This document shows, piece after piece, positions 47,989 to 59,614 of a DNA stretch of 64,000 nucleotides. A program made the position numbers and the translations under genes. The notes beneath the pieces are model-generated. The model was given only the letters and a program-made list of their open reading frames with translations. It was not told the DNA's origin and searched no databases. The DNA is from an uncultured delta proteobacterium (lineage in GTDB: Bacteria > Myxococcota_A > Polyangia > Haliangiales > Haliangiaceae): contig CAWKDB010000010.1 of assembly GCA_963848295.1 (NCBI GenBank), positions 3,936,001 through 4,000,000 on the forward strand, given 5' to 3'. Position 1 is the stretch's first letter. Each line of letters opens with the position of its first letter.

Positions 47989-48708
47989 GTGGAGTTGTCG
48001 TTGAGCAGCCCAGATTCAACGTCGTCGGACGTCGCGCCGCCGCATGTCGCGGTCGTGGCGATCACATCGACGCCAGCGGTCGAGGCACTGGTGTCCGAGC
48101 TGCGTCGCGATGCCATGCGAGTCGACGTCGGTGATCTCGAGTTGCTGCGCTCGCCGCCGACTGCGCCCGTCTACCTGTGCGTGCTCGGGGCCGCGATCGG
48201 CACGATGCTCGCCGAGCAGGTCGTCGCGTGGGCGCAGAGCTCGGACCTGCGGCCCGGCTTGATCGGGTTGATCGAAGACGGTGGTTCGACCGAGCGCGAG
48301 GCGTTGCTCGCCGCTGGTTATGACGACGTCGTCGCGGGCCCGATCAGCTCGCGCGAGCTGTCCGCGCGCGTCCGAGCGGTGCATCGCCGTGTCCACTGGA
48401 AGGGCGTGCGCCATGGTCGCCTGCGGTTCGGCGCGCTGACGCTCGATGTCGACGGTCATGCGCTGTGGGTCGACGGCAAGACGATCTCGCTGACGCTGAT
48501 CGAGCTCGCCGTCTTGCGCGAGCTGATGAAAGCGCGCGGCCGGCCGCTGTCGCGCGCCGAGCTGCTGGATGCCGCGTGGGGCTCCGCCGACCTCGAAGTC
48601 TCCGAGCGTGCGGTCGACAACGTGATCCTACGGATTCGCCGCAAGCTGCCACGCCCCGATCTGATCGAGACGGTGCGCAGCGTCGGATTCCGGCTAGCAC
48701 CCAGGTAG
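47989..48708 (+). CDS. OmpR/PhoB-family response regulator with atypical receiver domain
   Basis: G.DD.V..P....EL.ARVRA; wHTH LT..E..VL..L, SR.ELL..WG, R.VD..I.R.R.KL, IETVR.VGF. Confidence 0.88.
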   Translation: MELSLSSPDSTSSDVAPPHVAVVAITSTPAVEALVSELRRDAMRVDVGDLELLRSPPTAPVYLCVLGAAIGTMLAEQVVAWAQSSDLRPGLIGLIEDGGSTEREALLAAGYDDVVAGPISSRELSARVRAVHRRVHWKGVRHGRLRFGALTLDVDGHALWVDGKTISLTLIELAVLRELMKARGRPLSRAELLDAAWGSADLEVSERAVDNVILRIRRKLPRPDLIETVRSVGFRLAPR

Positions 48709-48724
48709 GCTAAGCTCGCCGGCC

Positions 48725-49162
48725 ATGGCGAGTTACGAGAAGCGAACCTGGTGGACGCGTCACGGTTTGACCGATCGGCTGCAAGACGAAGAGTTCTTGG
48801 AGGCGGTGATCAGCACTGCGTTTCTCGTATCGGCGTCGGACGGCGCCGCGAGCGATGTCGAGTACGACGCGTTGCTCGATCGCCTCGAGATCCTCGGCGG
48901 TATCGACCGTGATCGCATCGACCAGCTGTTGACGATCGCGTCGAACGACGTCGAGGCCAATGGCTTCGAGCCGCGGATCGCTCGGATCGCGCAGCTCGTC
49001 GTCAACGACGCGGCGGCCGAGGCTGCGCTCATGGTCGGGATGGCGGTCGCGCTCGCCGACGACGTCGTGACCCCCGAGGAACGCGAGACCGCGCAGAAGA
49101 TCGCGACCGCGCTCGGCGTCAAGGTCGATCTCGACGCGATGCTCGCCGAGATCCGCGGCTAG
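48725..49162 (+). CDS. TerB-family protein
   Basis: A.LV..SDG....E and VALAD..V...E paired motifs. Confidence 0.8.
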   Translation: MASYEKRTWWTRHGLTDRLQDEEFLEAVISTAFLVSASDGAASDVEYDALLDRLEILGGIDRDRIDQLLTIASNDVEANGFEPRIARIAQLVVNDAAAEAALMVGMAVALADDVVTPEERETAQKIATALGVKVDLDAMLAEIRG

Positions 49163-49807
49163 CGCGATCGCGACAGCGCAGTCTCGGTGCGCAGGGCATT
49201 CCCCGGCAGAGCTACGCGACGCTGGCGTGGTGTCGCGCACTTGCCCTGGTACACGACCTGCAAAGTTCCGCGCGATGACTCGATTCCATCGCGCCTGCGT
49301 TTGCCTGGCGGGCACGCTCGTCGTTTCGTTCGGGCTCGTCCGGTCGTCTCGTGCCGAGGGCATCGGCGTGTCGCGCTTCGCGGTCGCGGTCGACACGCCG
49401 GTCAGCTGGGCGAATGGCTCGTTCGCCGCGTCGGCGTACTACGCGCCGACGCAACATCAGGTGCTGCGGCTCAACGTCGCCGCGTACTCGGCCGCGCCGC
49501 CGATCGCCGTGCAGTATCTGGCGCTCGACGCGGGTGGTGACGTCCCGGACACCAGCGGTTATACGAGCGACGTAAGCGTGGGGTGGTCGTACTTCACGCG
49601 CCGCGCGTTCGACGGCTTGTTCATCGAGCTCGCAGGCCTCGGCAGGCTACGCCGCACGAGTGATGACTCGAGCGGCGAGTCCCCGTACCAAGCGCTTCAC
49701 ACGCAGACGCAGGTGCTGGCGTAGTCCCGATCCCTGTTGACATTGAGGTGGCGGTCCAACCGACCCCGAGAGAATTCTCGGGGCTCAAAAACCGGAAGGA
49801 ACCGCCG

Positions 49808-51115
49808 ATGAAGAAGATTGCCAGGAACAGACGCCCCGCGGAAGCCACTCGCCCTCAGCTCCGGACCGTTCTCGGAGAAGTCGCTCGCGACGCGGAGCTC
49901 GCCCTCGGGCTCAGGAACCTCGTGCGCGAGAACCTGCGAGAGTTCGTGATCGGCGCTGGGACCGCCGCGCTGGCCGCAATGCTCGAAGAGGAGCGCACTC
50001 AGATCGTCGGGCCGCGGTACGCGCATCTGCCGACGCGTGAAGCTCGACGATCGGGATCGGCTCCGGGTGAGCTGGTGATGGGAGGTCGACGCGTGCAGGT
50101 CCGACGACCGCGTGCACGTACGCTCGACGGTCAGGAGGTGCAATTGCCCTCGTGGACGGCGTTCGGCGTCGAGGATCCGCTGCGCGAGCGGGCTGTCGAG
50201 CAGATGCTCGTCGGCGTCACGACACGTCGCTACGCTCGATCGCTGGAGCCGCTGCCGGCGGACCTGCCGTCGCGTGGCACGAGCCGTAGTGCGGTGAGCC
50301 GTCGCTTCGTCGCTGCCACCGAGCGGCAGATGGCCGAGTGGCTCGGTCGCGATCTCGGCGCGCTCGATCTCGGCGTGCTCATGATCGACGGCGTGCACAT
50401 CGACGAGCACGTGCTGCTCGTCGCGCTCGGCATCGACGCCGACGGCAAGAAGCACGTGCTCGGTGTTCGCGAGGGCGCAACCGAGAACGCTGCCGCGTGC
50501 ACGGCGCTGCTCGCCGATCTGCGCGATCGTGGTCTCCGCACCGACCGTCCGACCCTCGTCGTGATCGACGGGTCGAAGGCACTCGCGAAGGCGGTGCGCA
50601 ACGTATTCGGTGACCGCGCGATCGTCCAGCGCTGCCAGGCGCACAAGACTCGCAACGTTCTCGACCAGCTTCCCGACGAGATAAAGCCGTCGGTGCGGCA
50701 GGCTTTGCGCGACGCGTACGCCGCGAGCGACGCCGATCGTGCACGTTCGACGCTGACGAACCTCGTGCGTCGTCTCCGGAACGATCATCCTGGTGCGGCG
50801 GCGTCCCTCGAAGAAGGGCTCGACGAGACGCTCGCCGTGAAGCGCCTCGGCCTCCCGAAACAGCTCGAACGGCAGCTCTCAACGACGAACGCGATCGAGA
50901 ACCTCATGGGCTCGGTCCGTCAGCTCTCACGCCGCGTGAAGCGCTGGCGTGGCGGCAAGATGATCTTGCGGTGGACGGTGACAGCTGTCGCCGATGCCGC
51001 AACGCGCTTCCGCAGGATCACAGGTGCGCGCGATGGCATGACCCAGCTGATGCGCGCGCTCGCGCATCACGAGAACTCCATCGCACCCGTTGCATCGCGA
51101 ACGAAGGCCGCGTAG
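49808..51115 (+). CDS. IS256-family transposase (copy 2)
   Basis: Translation identical to copy 1. Confidence 0.95.
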   Translation: MKKIARNRRPAEATRPQLRTVLGEVARDAELALGLRNLVRENLREFVIGAGTAALAAMLEEERTQIVGPRYAHLPTREARRSGSAPGELVMGGRRVQVRRPRARTLDGQEVQLPSWTAFGVEDPLRERAVEQMLVGVTTRRYARSLEPLPADLPSRGTSRSAVSRRFVAATERQMAEWLGRDLGALDLGVLMIDGVHIDEHVLLVALGIDADGKKHVLGVREGATENAAACTALLADLRDRGLRTDRPTLVVIDGSKALAKAVRNVFGDRAIVQRCQAHKTRNVLDQLPDEIKPSVRQALRDAYAASDADRARSTLTNLVRRLRNDHPGAAASLEEGLDETLAVKRLGLPKQLERQLSTTNAIENLMGSVRQLSRRVKRWRGGKMILRWTVTAVADAATRFRRITGARDGMTQLMRALAHHENSIAPVASRTKAA

Positions 51116-51159
51116 CGATGCGATGACGACCGCGTCGGAGCCGTGCTACTTCACATGGC

Positions 51160-52860
51160 GTGAGTATCTTCGACCGGTTTCGTAAGACAAAGCAGACCGC
51201 TGCGCCACTGCCGGTCACGACCGCGCCCGAAGTGCCGGTTCGCGCGACGATCGCGACATTCTTGGTCGCCGATGCGGTCGGGACGCTCGCGCTTGAGAGC
51301 GGCGAGGGACTTCGGTTCGGTCGATCGGCGTGTAAAGGCTTCGAACCCGTCGTCGGTGCGTCGGTGATCGTCGAGGAGATCGCTTCCGACCCGCGCGGCT
51401 GGAAGGCTCGGGTCGTGAAGCTCGCTCCAGCCGACGCGAACTACGATGCGTTGCTGTCAGCGCGCGACGCGCAGCAAGGGCTTCCTAGCCGCACCCAGCC
51501 GCCCGCGCAGGCTGCTGCGACGGCGCGCCAACTTGGGATCATCACCGTGTTGCTGGGCGAGCCGTTGCCGACGGGCCACCAGGCTGTGCGTACATGGGCT
51601 GCGGCGCGCGGGTTCCCGCGCGATGGCTTCGACGTGAAAGTCGAGCGCGACCTGGAGTTCGCGATGCCGGGAGGCAACGTGTTGACATACGCGGGGCGCG
51701 CGACGTTCCCGAAAGATGGGCTCGATGCGCGCAACGTGGCCGAGGATTTCGACCTCGGTCGCTCGTTTATCGGCCTCGGCATGGGCCTGCCCGGCGGCGA
51801 GCGTCAGGCTCGAGCGATCCTCGCCAACACGCGCGACTGCTGGGCGCCCGACGGCTCGATGCGCCAGCTCAGCCGACTCGTTTGCATGCTCGCGGACTCG
51901 GCGACGGGCGTCGTGCTGCATCGTGCAGGTGATCTCGTCGTACCGATCGACGAGTTCGTGCGCGCACTCGGCGAACTCGACGATCCTGAGTGTCGGCCGT
52001 TCGCGGCCTGGCTCGATGTCGCGATCACGCGACGCGACGGCGAGGCGAGGTACGCGACGTTCGGCATGGACGTATTCGGCCTGCCCGACGTGCTTGCGGC
52101 GGTGAATGCCGATGATCGCTGGAGTCGGTCGCGCCGCCACGAGGCCGTGCTCTACGCGTGCTATCGGATGATCCGCGACAATCGCGAATTTCAAGCGGGC
52201 GATACGATCTCTGTGCCGGTGCGACTCTCCATCGGAGCGTGGCCACTTGAGATCGACGACCGTGGTGCGGCGACGACCTACGCAGTCACTGATCTCGACG
52301 GCAACCTCGAGCTCGTTGCAAGAGGCGAACTCTCCGTCGACGGCGACATCGCGGTGAACCTCTACCAGGCGCTATTCGATCGCGGCCTCGCCGAGCTCGT
52401 ACCGAGTCACATCGTTCGTGACGTCCCTGCAAACAGCCGGCAACCGCTGGAGCACAACGTCGAGGTGCGCGCACGCGAAGACGGTCGCGGGTTCCTTGTC
52501 GTCACGAACGGGTTTGGCCGCAAGGCGCGGTTTGAAGTCGCTGCGTGGGTCCCCCTCGAGACGCTTGAGCTCGTGAAGCTCGTCGGCGTGCTGGCCTCGT
52601 TCGCGCTCGAAGCGCCAACCGGTTGGAAGGTCGGCGATACGGTCGCTGCACCGATCGAGGAACTGAGGATCGGTGGCTTCGTGATCGCCGACGGCGGCAC
52701 AGTCGCAATGGGCACCGCGCAAAGCGTTCGCATCTTGCTGCTTGTTCCACTCGCCGAGACCGACTACGCGCGCGTGCGCGGCGGTGGTGCCGAGGCGTGG
52801 CTCGCACGCAATCCGCCGACTGAGGCCGCGTGGGATACGTTCATCGCAGCGCCCGACTGA
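51160..52860 (+). CDS. IS passenger protein (copy 2)
   Basis: Translation identical to 4032-5732. Confidence 0.75.
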   Translation: MSIFDRFRKTKQTAAPLPVTTAPEVPVRATIATFLVADAVGTLALESGEGLRFGRSACKGFEPVVGASVIVEEIASDPRGWKARVVKLAPADANYDALLSARDAQQGLPSRTQPPAQAAATARQLGIITVLLGEPLPTGHQAVRTWAAARGFPRDGFDVKVERDLEFAMPGGNVLTYAGRATFPKDGLDARNVAEDFDLGRSFIGLGMGLPGGERQARAILANTRDCWAPDGSMRQLSRLVCMLADSATGVVLHRAGDLVVPIDEFVRALGELDDPECRPFAAWLDVAITRRDGEARYATFGMDVFGLPDVLAAVNADDRWSRSRRHEAVLYACYRMIRDNREFQAGDTISVPVRLSIGAWPLEIDDRGAATTYAVTDLDGNLELVARGELSVDGDIAVNLYQALFDRGLAELVPSHIVRDVPANSRQPLEHNVEVRAREDGRGFLVVTNGFGRKARFEVAAWVPLETLELVKLVGVLASFALEAPTGWKVGDTVAAPIEELRIGGFVIADGGTVAMGTAQSVRILLLVPLAETDYARVRGGGAEAWLARNPPTEAAWDTFIAAPD

Positions 52861-53178
52861 CCGCGCTCATTCACGAAACACGAACGCACCCGTTGCAACG
52901 TGAACGAAGGCCCCGTAGTGATCACCACCGCAACCGTCACCAAGATTCAACAACAGACGGGACATCGCCCAGGTGCTCGGCGCGCGCGCGTTGGTCGGCT
53001 GGAGCTGGATGGTGTTTCATCGCGGCTTCATTGCGGTCGCCGCCGGTGCATCGGGCGGCTACGAATGGGGCGCCACGAATCTCTACGGCGACCCGATGTA
53101 TCCGGCCGTGACGTCGCGGATCAGCCGCTTCGACCCCGAATTCGAGTGCTTCATGCGGCTCGGCGCGACGTTCGATCG

Positions 53179-53667
53179 CTAGTGATTCATCGCGGGCGGC
53201 GCGGTGAGCGCGCGCATGCGCAGACGCCGCGCACGCCTGCGAGCGGTCTGGTTCTTCACCGTGCTGCGACGCGGCGGCACGAGCGGCTCGGCGCCGTAGA
53301 GCATCGTCATGTGCTCGCGCTGGGTTCTTTCGTTGACGATCGCCTCGGGGATCGGCTCCATCTCGATCGTCGCACTCGCTTTGCGTTCGTGGACGAGGCG
53401 ATCGAGGATGGCGCTGCTCGCCGGCGCGATCTTGCGATAGCCGAGCCGCACGCCACTGTTCGCGACTTCGATGACCTCGAACAAGCCTTCGATCATCGGC
53501 GCGCCGTCGGCGAGTCGGATCGACACGCCGATCATCGAGCCGATCGGCAGACCCTTCGCCGACGGGATGAAGCACGAGTGCTCGTCGCCGAGCTGAGAGA
53601 ACAAGGAGACGAACTCGTCGATCGTCGTGGCCTTCGTCGTGATCGCCATCGCGGAGATGCGGCGCAT
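53179..53667 (-). CDS. Hypothetical protein, possibly PilZ-like
   Basis: EFV..F, CFIP....LPIGS.....I.L.DG...IEG..EV resemble myxobacterial PilZ-like domains; start MRRIS. Confidence 0.55.
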   Translation of the reverse strand: MRRISAMAITTKATTIDEFVSLFSQLGDEHSCFIPSAKGLPIGSMIGVSIRLADGAPMIEGLFEVIEVANSGVRLGYRKIAPASSAILDRLVHERKASATIEMEPIPEAIVNERTQREHMTMLYGAEPLVPPRRSTVKNQTARRRARRLRMRALTAPPAMNH

Positions 53668-53865
53668 ATTTGCCATCGTATGAAATTCGCATGCGGCTCG
53701 GCCACGGAGGTCTCGCGCGGTCGGTGTGCGTCGCGTACATACGCGTCAGCTGGCTCACACGCGTGCGTGCGATAGATCGGCGCGAGCGCATGCGAGTCGA
53801 GGTAGTTGCGCGCGCGCTGCGATGGCCTAGCCGTGAGCTAACGGTCGACGGAGACCGATCTCACG

Positions 53866-54333
53866 CTACTTCACGAGCGCCTTCGCAGCGGCGACGACCT
53901 CGTCGATATGGCCTTTGACGCTCACCTTTGGCCAATGTTGGGCCACCTTGCCGGCCTTATCGATCAGCACGGTCGAGCGGATGATGCCCTTCATCTTCTT
54001 GCCGTACATCACCTTGTCGCCCCACGCGCCGTAGGCTTCGAGCGTGGTGCCGTCCGGATCGCTGAGCAGCGGAAAGCTGAGCTTGTAGCGATCGCGAAAC
54101 TTGCAGTGCGAGGCGATCGAATCCTTGCTGACGCCGACGACCGTGACGCCGAGCTTCTTGAGCTGCGGCACGGCATCGCGAAAGTCTTGGGCCTCGACGG
54201 TGCAGCCCGGGGTGTTGTCGCGCGGGTAGAAGTACACGACGACCGGCTTGCCGACGAGATCCGCGAGCTTGAGCGTGCCGCCTTCCGACGATTCGAGTGC
54301 AAACGCTGGGGCTTTCTTACCGACCTCGACCAT
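53866..54333 (-). CDS. bcp: Peroxiredoxin Bcp/PrxQ
   Basis: YFYPRDNTPGCT.EA, GVS.D, FPLLSD, RST.LID. Confidence 0.95.
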   Translation of the reverse strand: MVEVGKKAPAFALESSEGGTLKLADLVGKPVVVYFYPRDNTPGCTVEAQDFRDAVPQLKKLGVTVVGVSKDSIASHCKFRDRYKLSFPLLSDPDGTTLEAYGAWGDKVMYGKKMKGIIRSTVLIDKAGKVAQHWPKVSVKGHIDEVVAAAKALVK

Positions 54334-54378
54334 GAGGCGAAGCTACCAACTCGGCGGCGCGGCTGCTACGCTTCGGAG

Positions 54379-54705
54379 ATGCGCATCGCGTCGGTTGTCG
54401 TTGCCGCCTTGTTATTCGGTGGCTGCGGCGCCGGCGGGCGAGGCGGCGTGGCGTGGCCCAAATCGAGCGCGTCGACCGATAGCGCGGACGACGGGGGCGA
54501 GAGTCTCGCCCCGCATCAGGCTCATGCCGCAGCGTCGGCGATCGAAGTCGACGACACGGTCATGCCGGCGCTCGCCGGCCCGGCGCCAGCACCGATGGTC
54601 GCGCCGCCGGCTGATCCGCCGAGCGCGCCGAGCGTCGCGCCACCGACCGCAGAGGGCGACGATCCGCTCATGACCGAAGACATCGTGATCGAAGTCGACG
54701 ACTAA
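54379..54705 (+). CDS. Small Pro/acidic lipoprotein
   Basis: MRIASVVVAALLFGGC lipobox; TGCTACGCT -10-like motif 6 bp upstream. Confidence 0.65.
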   Translation: MRIASVVVAALLFGGCGAGGRGGVAWPKSSASTDSADDGGESLAPHQAHAAASAIEVDDTVMPALAGPAPAPMVAPPADPPSAPSVAPPTAEGDDPLMTEDIVIEVDD

Positions 54706-54727
54706 CCCGGGCCGCCGTTAACGGCCG

Positions 54728-55729
54728 CTACAACGGGAAGCAGGTGCCGCCCTGTACGAAGCCGAACTTCGGCGCGGTCGCGGGGAAGTAGTAGCCGGTC
54801 GCCATGCACATCTCGTTGGTCTGCGCGCTCTGACCGGCGTCGACCTCGTTGTTCGCGTTGTCGCCGGTGTTCGAGTAGGTGCAGTTCCACGTCAGGTCGG
54901 TCGACGTGAATGTATAGAACGGGTTCGAGTCCCAGGTCGTCACCGTCGGGTGCTGCCAATCGTCGCTCTGGACGATCGGGGTCGTGCCGTCCATCACCTC
55001 GGTGGTCATCGACTGCTTGTGCGAGTGCGTCGACATCGACCAGAACTTCGCGCCAGCAGGCAGCGGGCACGATGCCGTCCACGACGTACCAGCCGCTGGC
55101 GGCACCGCATGCGCGGGGATCGCGATGTCGTTGTTGTACGTGATGTACGCCTCGGTCTCGGTGTACGCGGTCCCAGCCGGCAACGCATACGCCGACAGCT
55201 CGACGTGCACGACGACCGGGGAGTCGGTCTCGTTCAAGTAATGCATCTGGAAGTAGCCCGCGGTGTTCGCCGGGATGTTCTGCGCGACCGGTTTGCCGGT
55301 GCCATCATCGGCCGGCAGATCCTCTTCTTGATCCGGGGTCTGGGTCGCGTACGTCCACACCGGGATGTTGGTGCCGCCGCCGCTGCCGCCGAGGCCACAG
55401 TTCTCGTCGATCGTTCCGTCCGCCGGCTGCGAGCCGTCCGGGTTGAGGAACATGATCATGTGGTGGCTGCCCGGGGTCAGGTGGGAGACCCACTTGTTGA
55501 CCGCGACCGTCTCGGTATTGCCGGTGTGGAAGTAGAAGCACTTCGTCGTCTCGTTGTTCGGAGAGACGTCGATCGTCAGGTCGGTGCTCTGGATCTGGAA
55601 CGCCGGCGTACCGAGAGCCGAGGGTGCGTCGGCGCCGCCTCCTCCGCCGCCGCCGCCCCCGCCGCCCCCGCCAGGACCCTTGCCGCACGCTGCGACGACC
55701 ACGAAAGCGAGACCGAAACAGATGCGCAT
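54728..55729 (-). CDS. Copper type II (PHM/DBH-like) monooxygenase-domain lipoprotein
   Basis: Lipobox VAAC, poly-Gly linker, SHHM, QMHY.N, THSH, NEMC copper-ligand motifs; start MRICF. Confidence 0.75.
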   Translation of the reverse strand: MRICFGLAFVVVAACGKGPGGGGGGGGGGGGGADAPSALGTPAFQIQSTDLTIDVSPNNETTKCFYFHTGNTETVAVNKWVSHLTPGSHHMIMFLNPDGSQPADGTIDENCGLGGSGGGTNIPVWTYATQTPDQEEDLPADDGTGKPVAQNIPANTAGYFQMHYLNETDSPVVVHVELSAYALPAGTAYTETEAYITYNNDIAIPAHAVPPAAGTSWTASCPLPAGAKFWSMSTHSHKQSMTTEVMDGTTPIVQSDDWQHPTVTTWDSNPFYTFTSTDLTWNCTYSNTGDNANNEVDAGQSAQTNEMCMATGYYFPATAPKFGFVQGGTCFPL

Positions 55730-55861
55730 GGAAAGCCCCCTTAGTGAGGCCGAGGGTATCAACCTGGACATCGCTGTCCAGCGCTTTATTGAACTCGAGT
55801 TCCAGCGAGCACTGACACGAAGTGAGGCGCGGTCGCCCCATGCACCGTATGCTGCGCTGCG

Positions 55862-57207
55862 ATGTACGACGTCGATCTGTTCGTGATCGGGGGCGGCTCC
55901 GGGGGTGTCCGCGCGGCGCGGATCGCGGCGGAGCACGGGGCAAAAGTAGCCATCGCCGAGGCGTATCGCTGGGGCGGCACGTGCGTGATCCGCGGCTGCG
56001 TGCCCAAGAAGCTGCTCGTGTACGCGAGCGAGGTCAGCCGCACCCTCGATGACGCGCGCGGTCAAGGTTGGACCATCGCGCCGGCGACGTTCGATTGGCC
56101 GACGCTGATCGCCGCGAAGGATCGCGAGATCGCCCGGCTGTCGGCGGCGTATCAGGACCGGCTGCGCAAAGCGGGAGCGCGCGTGATCGATGGCCGCGCG
56201 ACGATCGCCGATCTCCACACGATCGAGGTCAACGGAGAGCGGATCACGACGGCGAACATCGTCGTCGCGACCGGCGGCACGCCGCGGATCCCCGGGGTCG
56301 GCGAGTGGATCACGTCGAACGAGGCCTTTCACTTGCCAGCGCTGCCCAAGAGGATCGCGATCGCGGGCGGCGGTTATATCGGAGTCGAGTTCGCGCACAT
56401 CTTCGCGGGCTTCGGCGTCGAGGTGACGCTCGTGCATCGCGACAGCCGGCTATTGCGCGGGTTCGATCCGGATCTCGAGGCAGAAGTCGCGCTCGGGCTG
56501 ACCGCGCATGGCGTGCGGGTCGTGCTCGAGGCCGAGGTCACGCGGTCCGAGCGAACCGCGACAGGCGGGCACAAGATCGCGCTGAAGACGCGCGACCCCG
56601 AGAAGCCGGTGCCGTCGCCGATCGAATGTGATCTCGCGATGGCGGCGACCGGGCGCGCGCCGAACAGCGCAGGTCTCGGGGTTGCCGAGCTCGGCGTCAA
56701 CCTCGATGGGCGCGGTGGGATCATCGTCGACGAGTACTCGCGCACGAACATCCCGCACGTGTTCGCGATCGGCGACGTCAACGGCCGACTCGCGCTGACG
56801 CCGACCGCGATCCGCGAAGGCCACGCGCTCGCCGACACCCTGTTCGGCGGCAAGCCGACCGCGATCGATCACCGGCTGATTCCCACCGCGGTGTTCGGCC
56901 AACCGTCGGCCGCGGCGGTCGGTCTGACCGAGCCCGCTGCGATCGCCGCCGGTCACGACGTCAAGATCTTCCGCGCGCGGTTCCGGCCGATGAAGTACGC
57001 CCTGTCCGGTCGCGACGAGCACGTGATGATGAAGCTCGTCGTCGATCGCGCGACCGATCGCGTGCTCGGCCTGCACGTCGTGGGGATCGACGCCGCCGAG
57101 ATCGTCCAGGCCGCCGCGATCGCGATCACGCTGGGCGCGACGAAGGCCGACTTCGATCGCACGGTCGCGCTGCACCCGACGACCGCCGAAGAGCTCGTGC
57201 TGTTGCG

Positions 57208-57211
<4 letters not shown>
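55862..57211 (+). CDS. gor: Glutathione-disulfide reductase
   Basis: GGGSGG, GGTCVIRGCVPKK, GGGYIG.E, HPT.AEE. Confidence 0.93.
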
Positions 57212-58373
<1,162 letters not shown>

Positions 58374-58377
<4 letters not shown>

Positions 58378-59559
58378 CGCTCTTCGACGTGCCAGGGCAG
58401 GCCGCGCTTGGCGACGTCCGCGAGGAACGGATCGGGATCGAGCTGCTCCATGTTCCACACGCCGGCGCCCTTCCACGCGCCGGTCACCATCATCACGGCG
58501 CCGGTGACCGCGGGCACGCCGGTCGTGTACGAGATCGCCTGGGCGCGGACCTCTTTGTAGGTCTCCGCGTGGTCGGAGATGTTGTAGATGAAGTAGCGCT
58601 TCGGCTTCCCGTTCTTCGTGCCTTCGCACAGGCAGCCGATCGACGTCTTGCCGGTGTAGCCGGGCGCGAGCGACGCCGGATCGGGCAGCAACGCGCGCAG
58701 CAGCTTGATCGGGACGAGCTTGTGACCGTCGAAGTCGATCTCGTCGATCCGCGTCATGCCGACGTTCTGCAGCACCTCGAGGTGCTTCAGGTACGCCTCG
58801 CCGAACGTCATCCAGAACCGGATGCGCTTGAGGCCCTTGAGGTTGCGAACGAGCGACTCGAGCTCCTCGTGGTAGAGCAAGAAGCTCTTCTTCTCGCCGA
58901 CGCCAGGGTAGTCGAAGATCCGCGACACGCTCAGCGGATCGGTGTCGCGCCACTCGCCGTGCTCCCAGTAGCGACCGCGCGCCGTGATCTCGCGGATGTT
59001 GATCTCGGGGTTGAAGTTCGTCGCGAACGCCTTGCCGTGCGAGCCCGCATTGCAGTCGACGATGTCGACGTTATGGATCTCGTCGAGCAGGTGCTTGCCG
59101 CACGTACGCGCAGAACACGTTCGTCATGCCGGGATCGAAGCCCGAGCCGAGCAGGGCCATCCGGCCCGCGCTCTTGAACTTGTCCTGATACGCCCACTGC
59201 CACTTGTATTCGAACTTCGCGAGCTCGGGCGGCTCGTAGTTCGCGGTGTCGAGGTAGTCGACGCCGGCCTCGAGGCACGCGTCCATGATGTGAAGGTCCT
59301 GGTACGGCAGCGCGACGTTGATGACGACCGCGGGCTGCTCCGCGCGCAGCAGCTTCGTCAGCTGGGGCACGTCGTCGGCATCGACCTGGGCCGTACGGAT
59401 GTTCTTGCCGTGCAGCTCGTGGATCTCGGCCGCGATCTTGTCGCAGCGTGCGAGCGTCCGACTCGCGAGCAACACCTCGCTGAAGCGAGGCTCGAGCGCG
59501 GACTTGTGAGCGACCACTCCGCCGACGCCACCCGCGCCGATGATGAGGACCTTCGACAT
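58374..59559 (-). CDS. Carboxy(nor)spermidine synthase / saccharopine dehydrogenase family, one apparent +1 frameshift
   Basis: IGAGGVG, NVALPYQDL.IMDAC, DTANYE, GFDPG; after a shift near 59102: DCNAG.HG..FATNFNPEINIRE, YHEELESL, ISYTTGVP. Confidence 0.9.
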
Positions 59560-59614
59560 GGCCGTGTAGTTAGCACGGGCCCGATCGGGCTACCGCTGCG
59601 ATTCGGGCGAAATG

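Larger units (their letters stand above)
49718..52969 (+). mobile_element. IS256-family element with passenger gene, copy 2
   Basis: Same ends and identical translations as copy 1; 8-bp TSD CAGGTGCT at 49710-49717 and 52970-52977. Confidence 0.95.
49275..53182 (+). pseudogene. Outer-membrane beta-barrel gene interrupted by IS256 copy 2
   Basis: Removing the IS and one TSD rejoins ...HTQTQVL|GARALVGWSW...RLGATFDR in frame. Confidence 0.9.
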
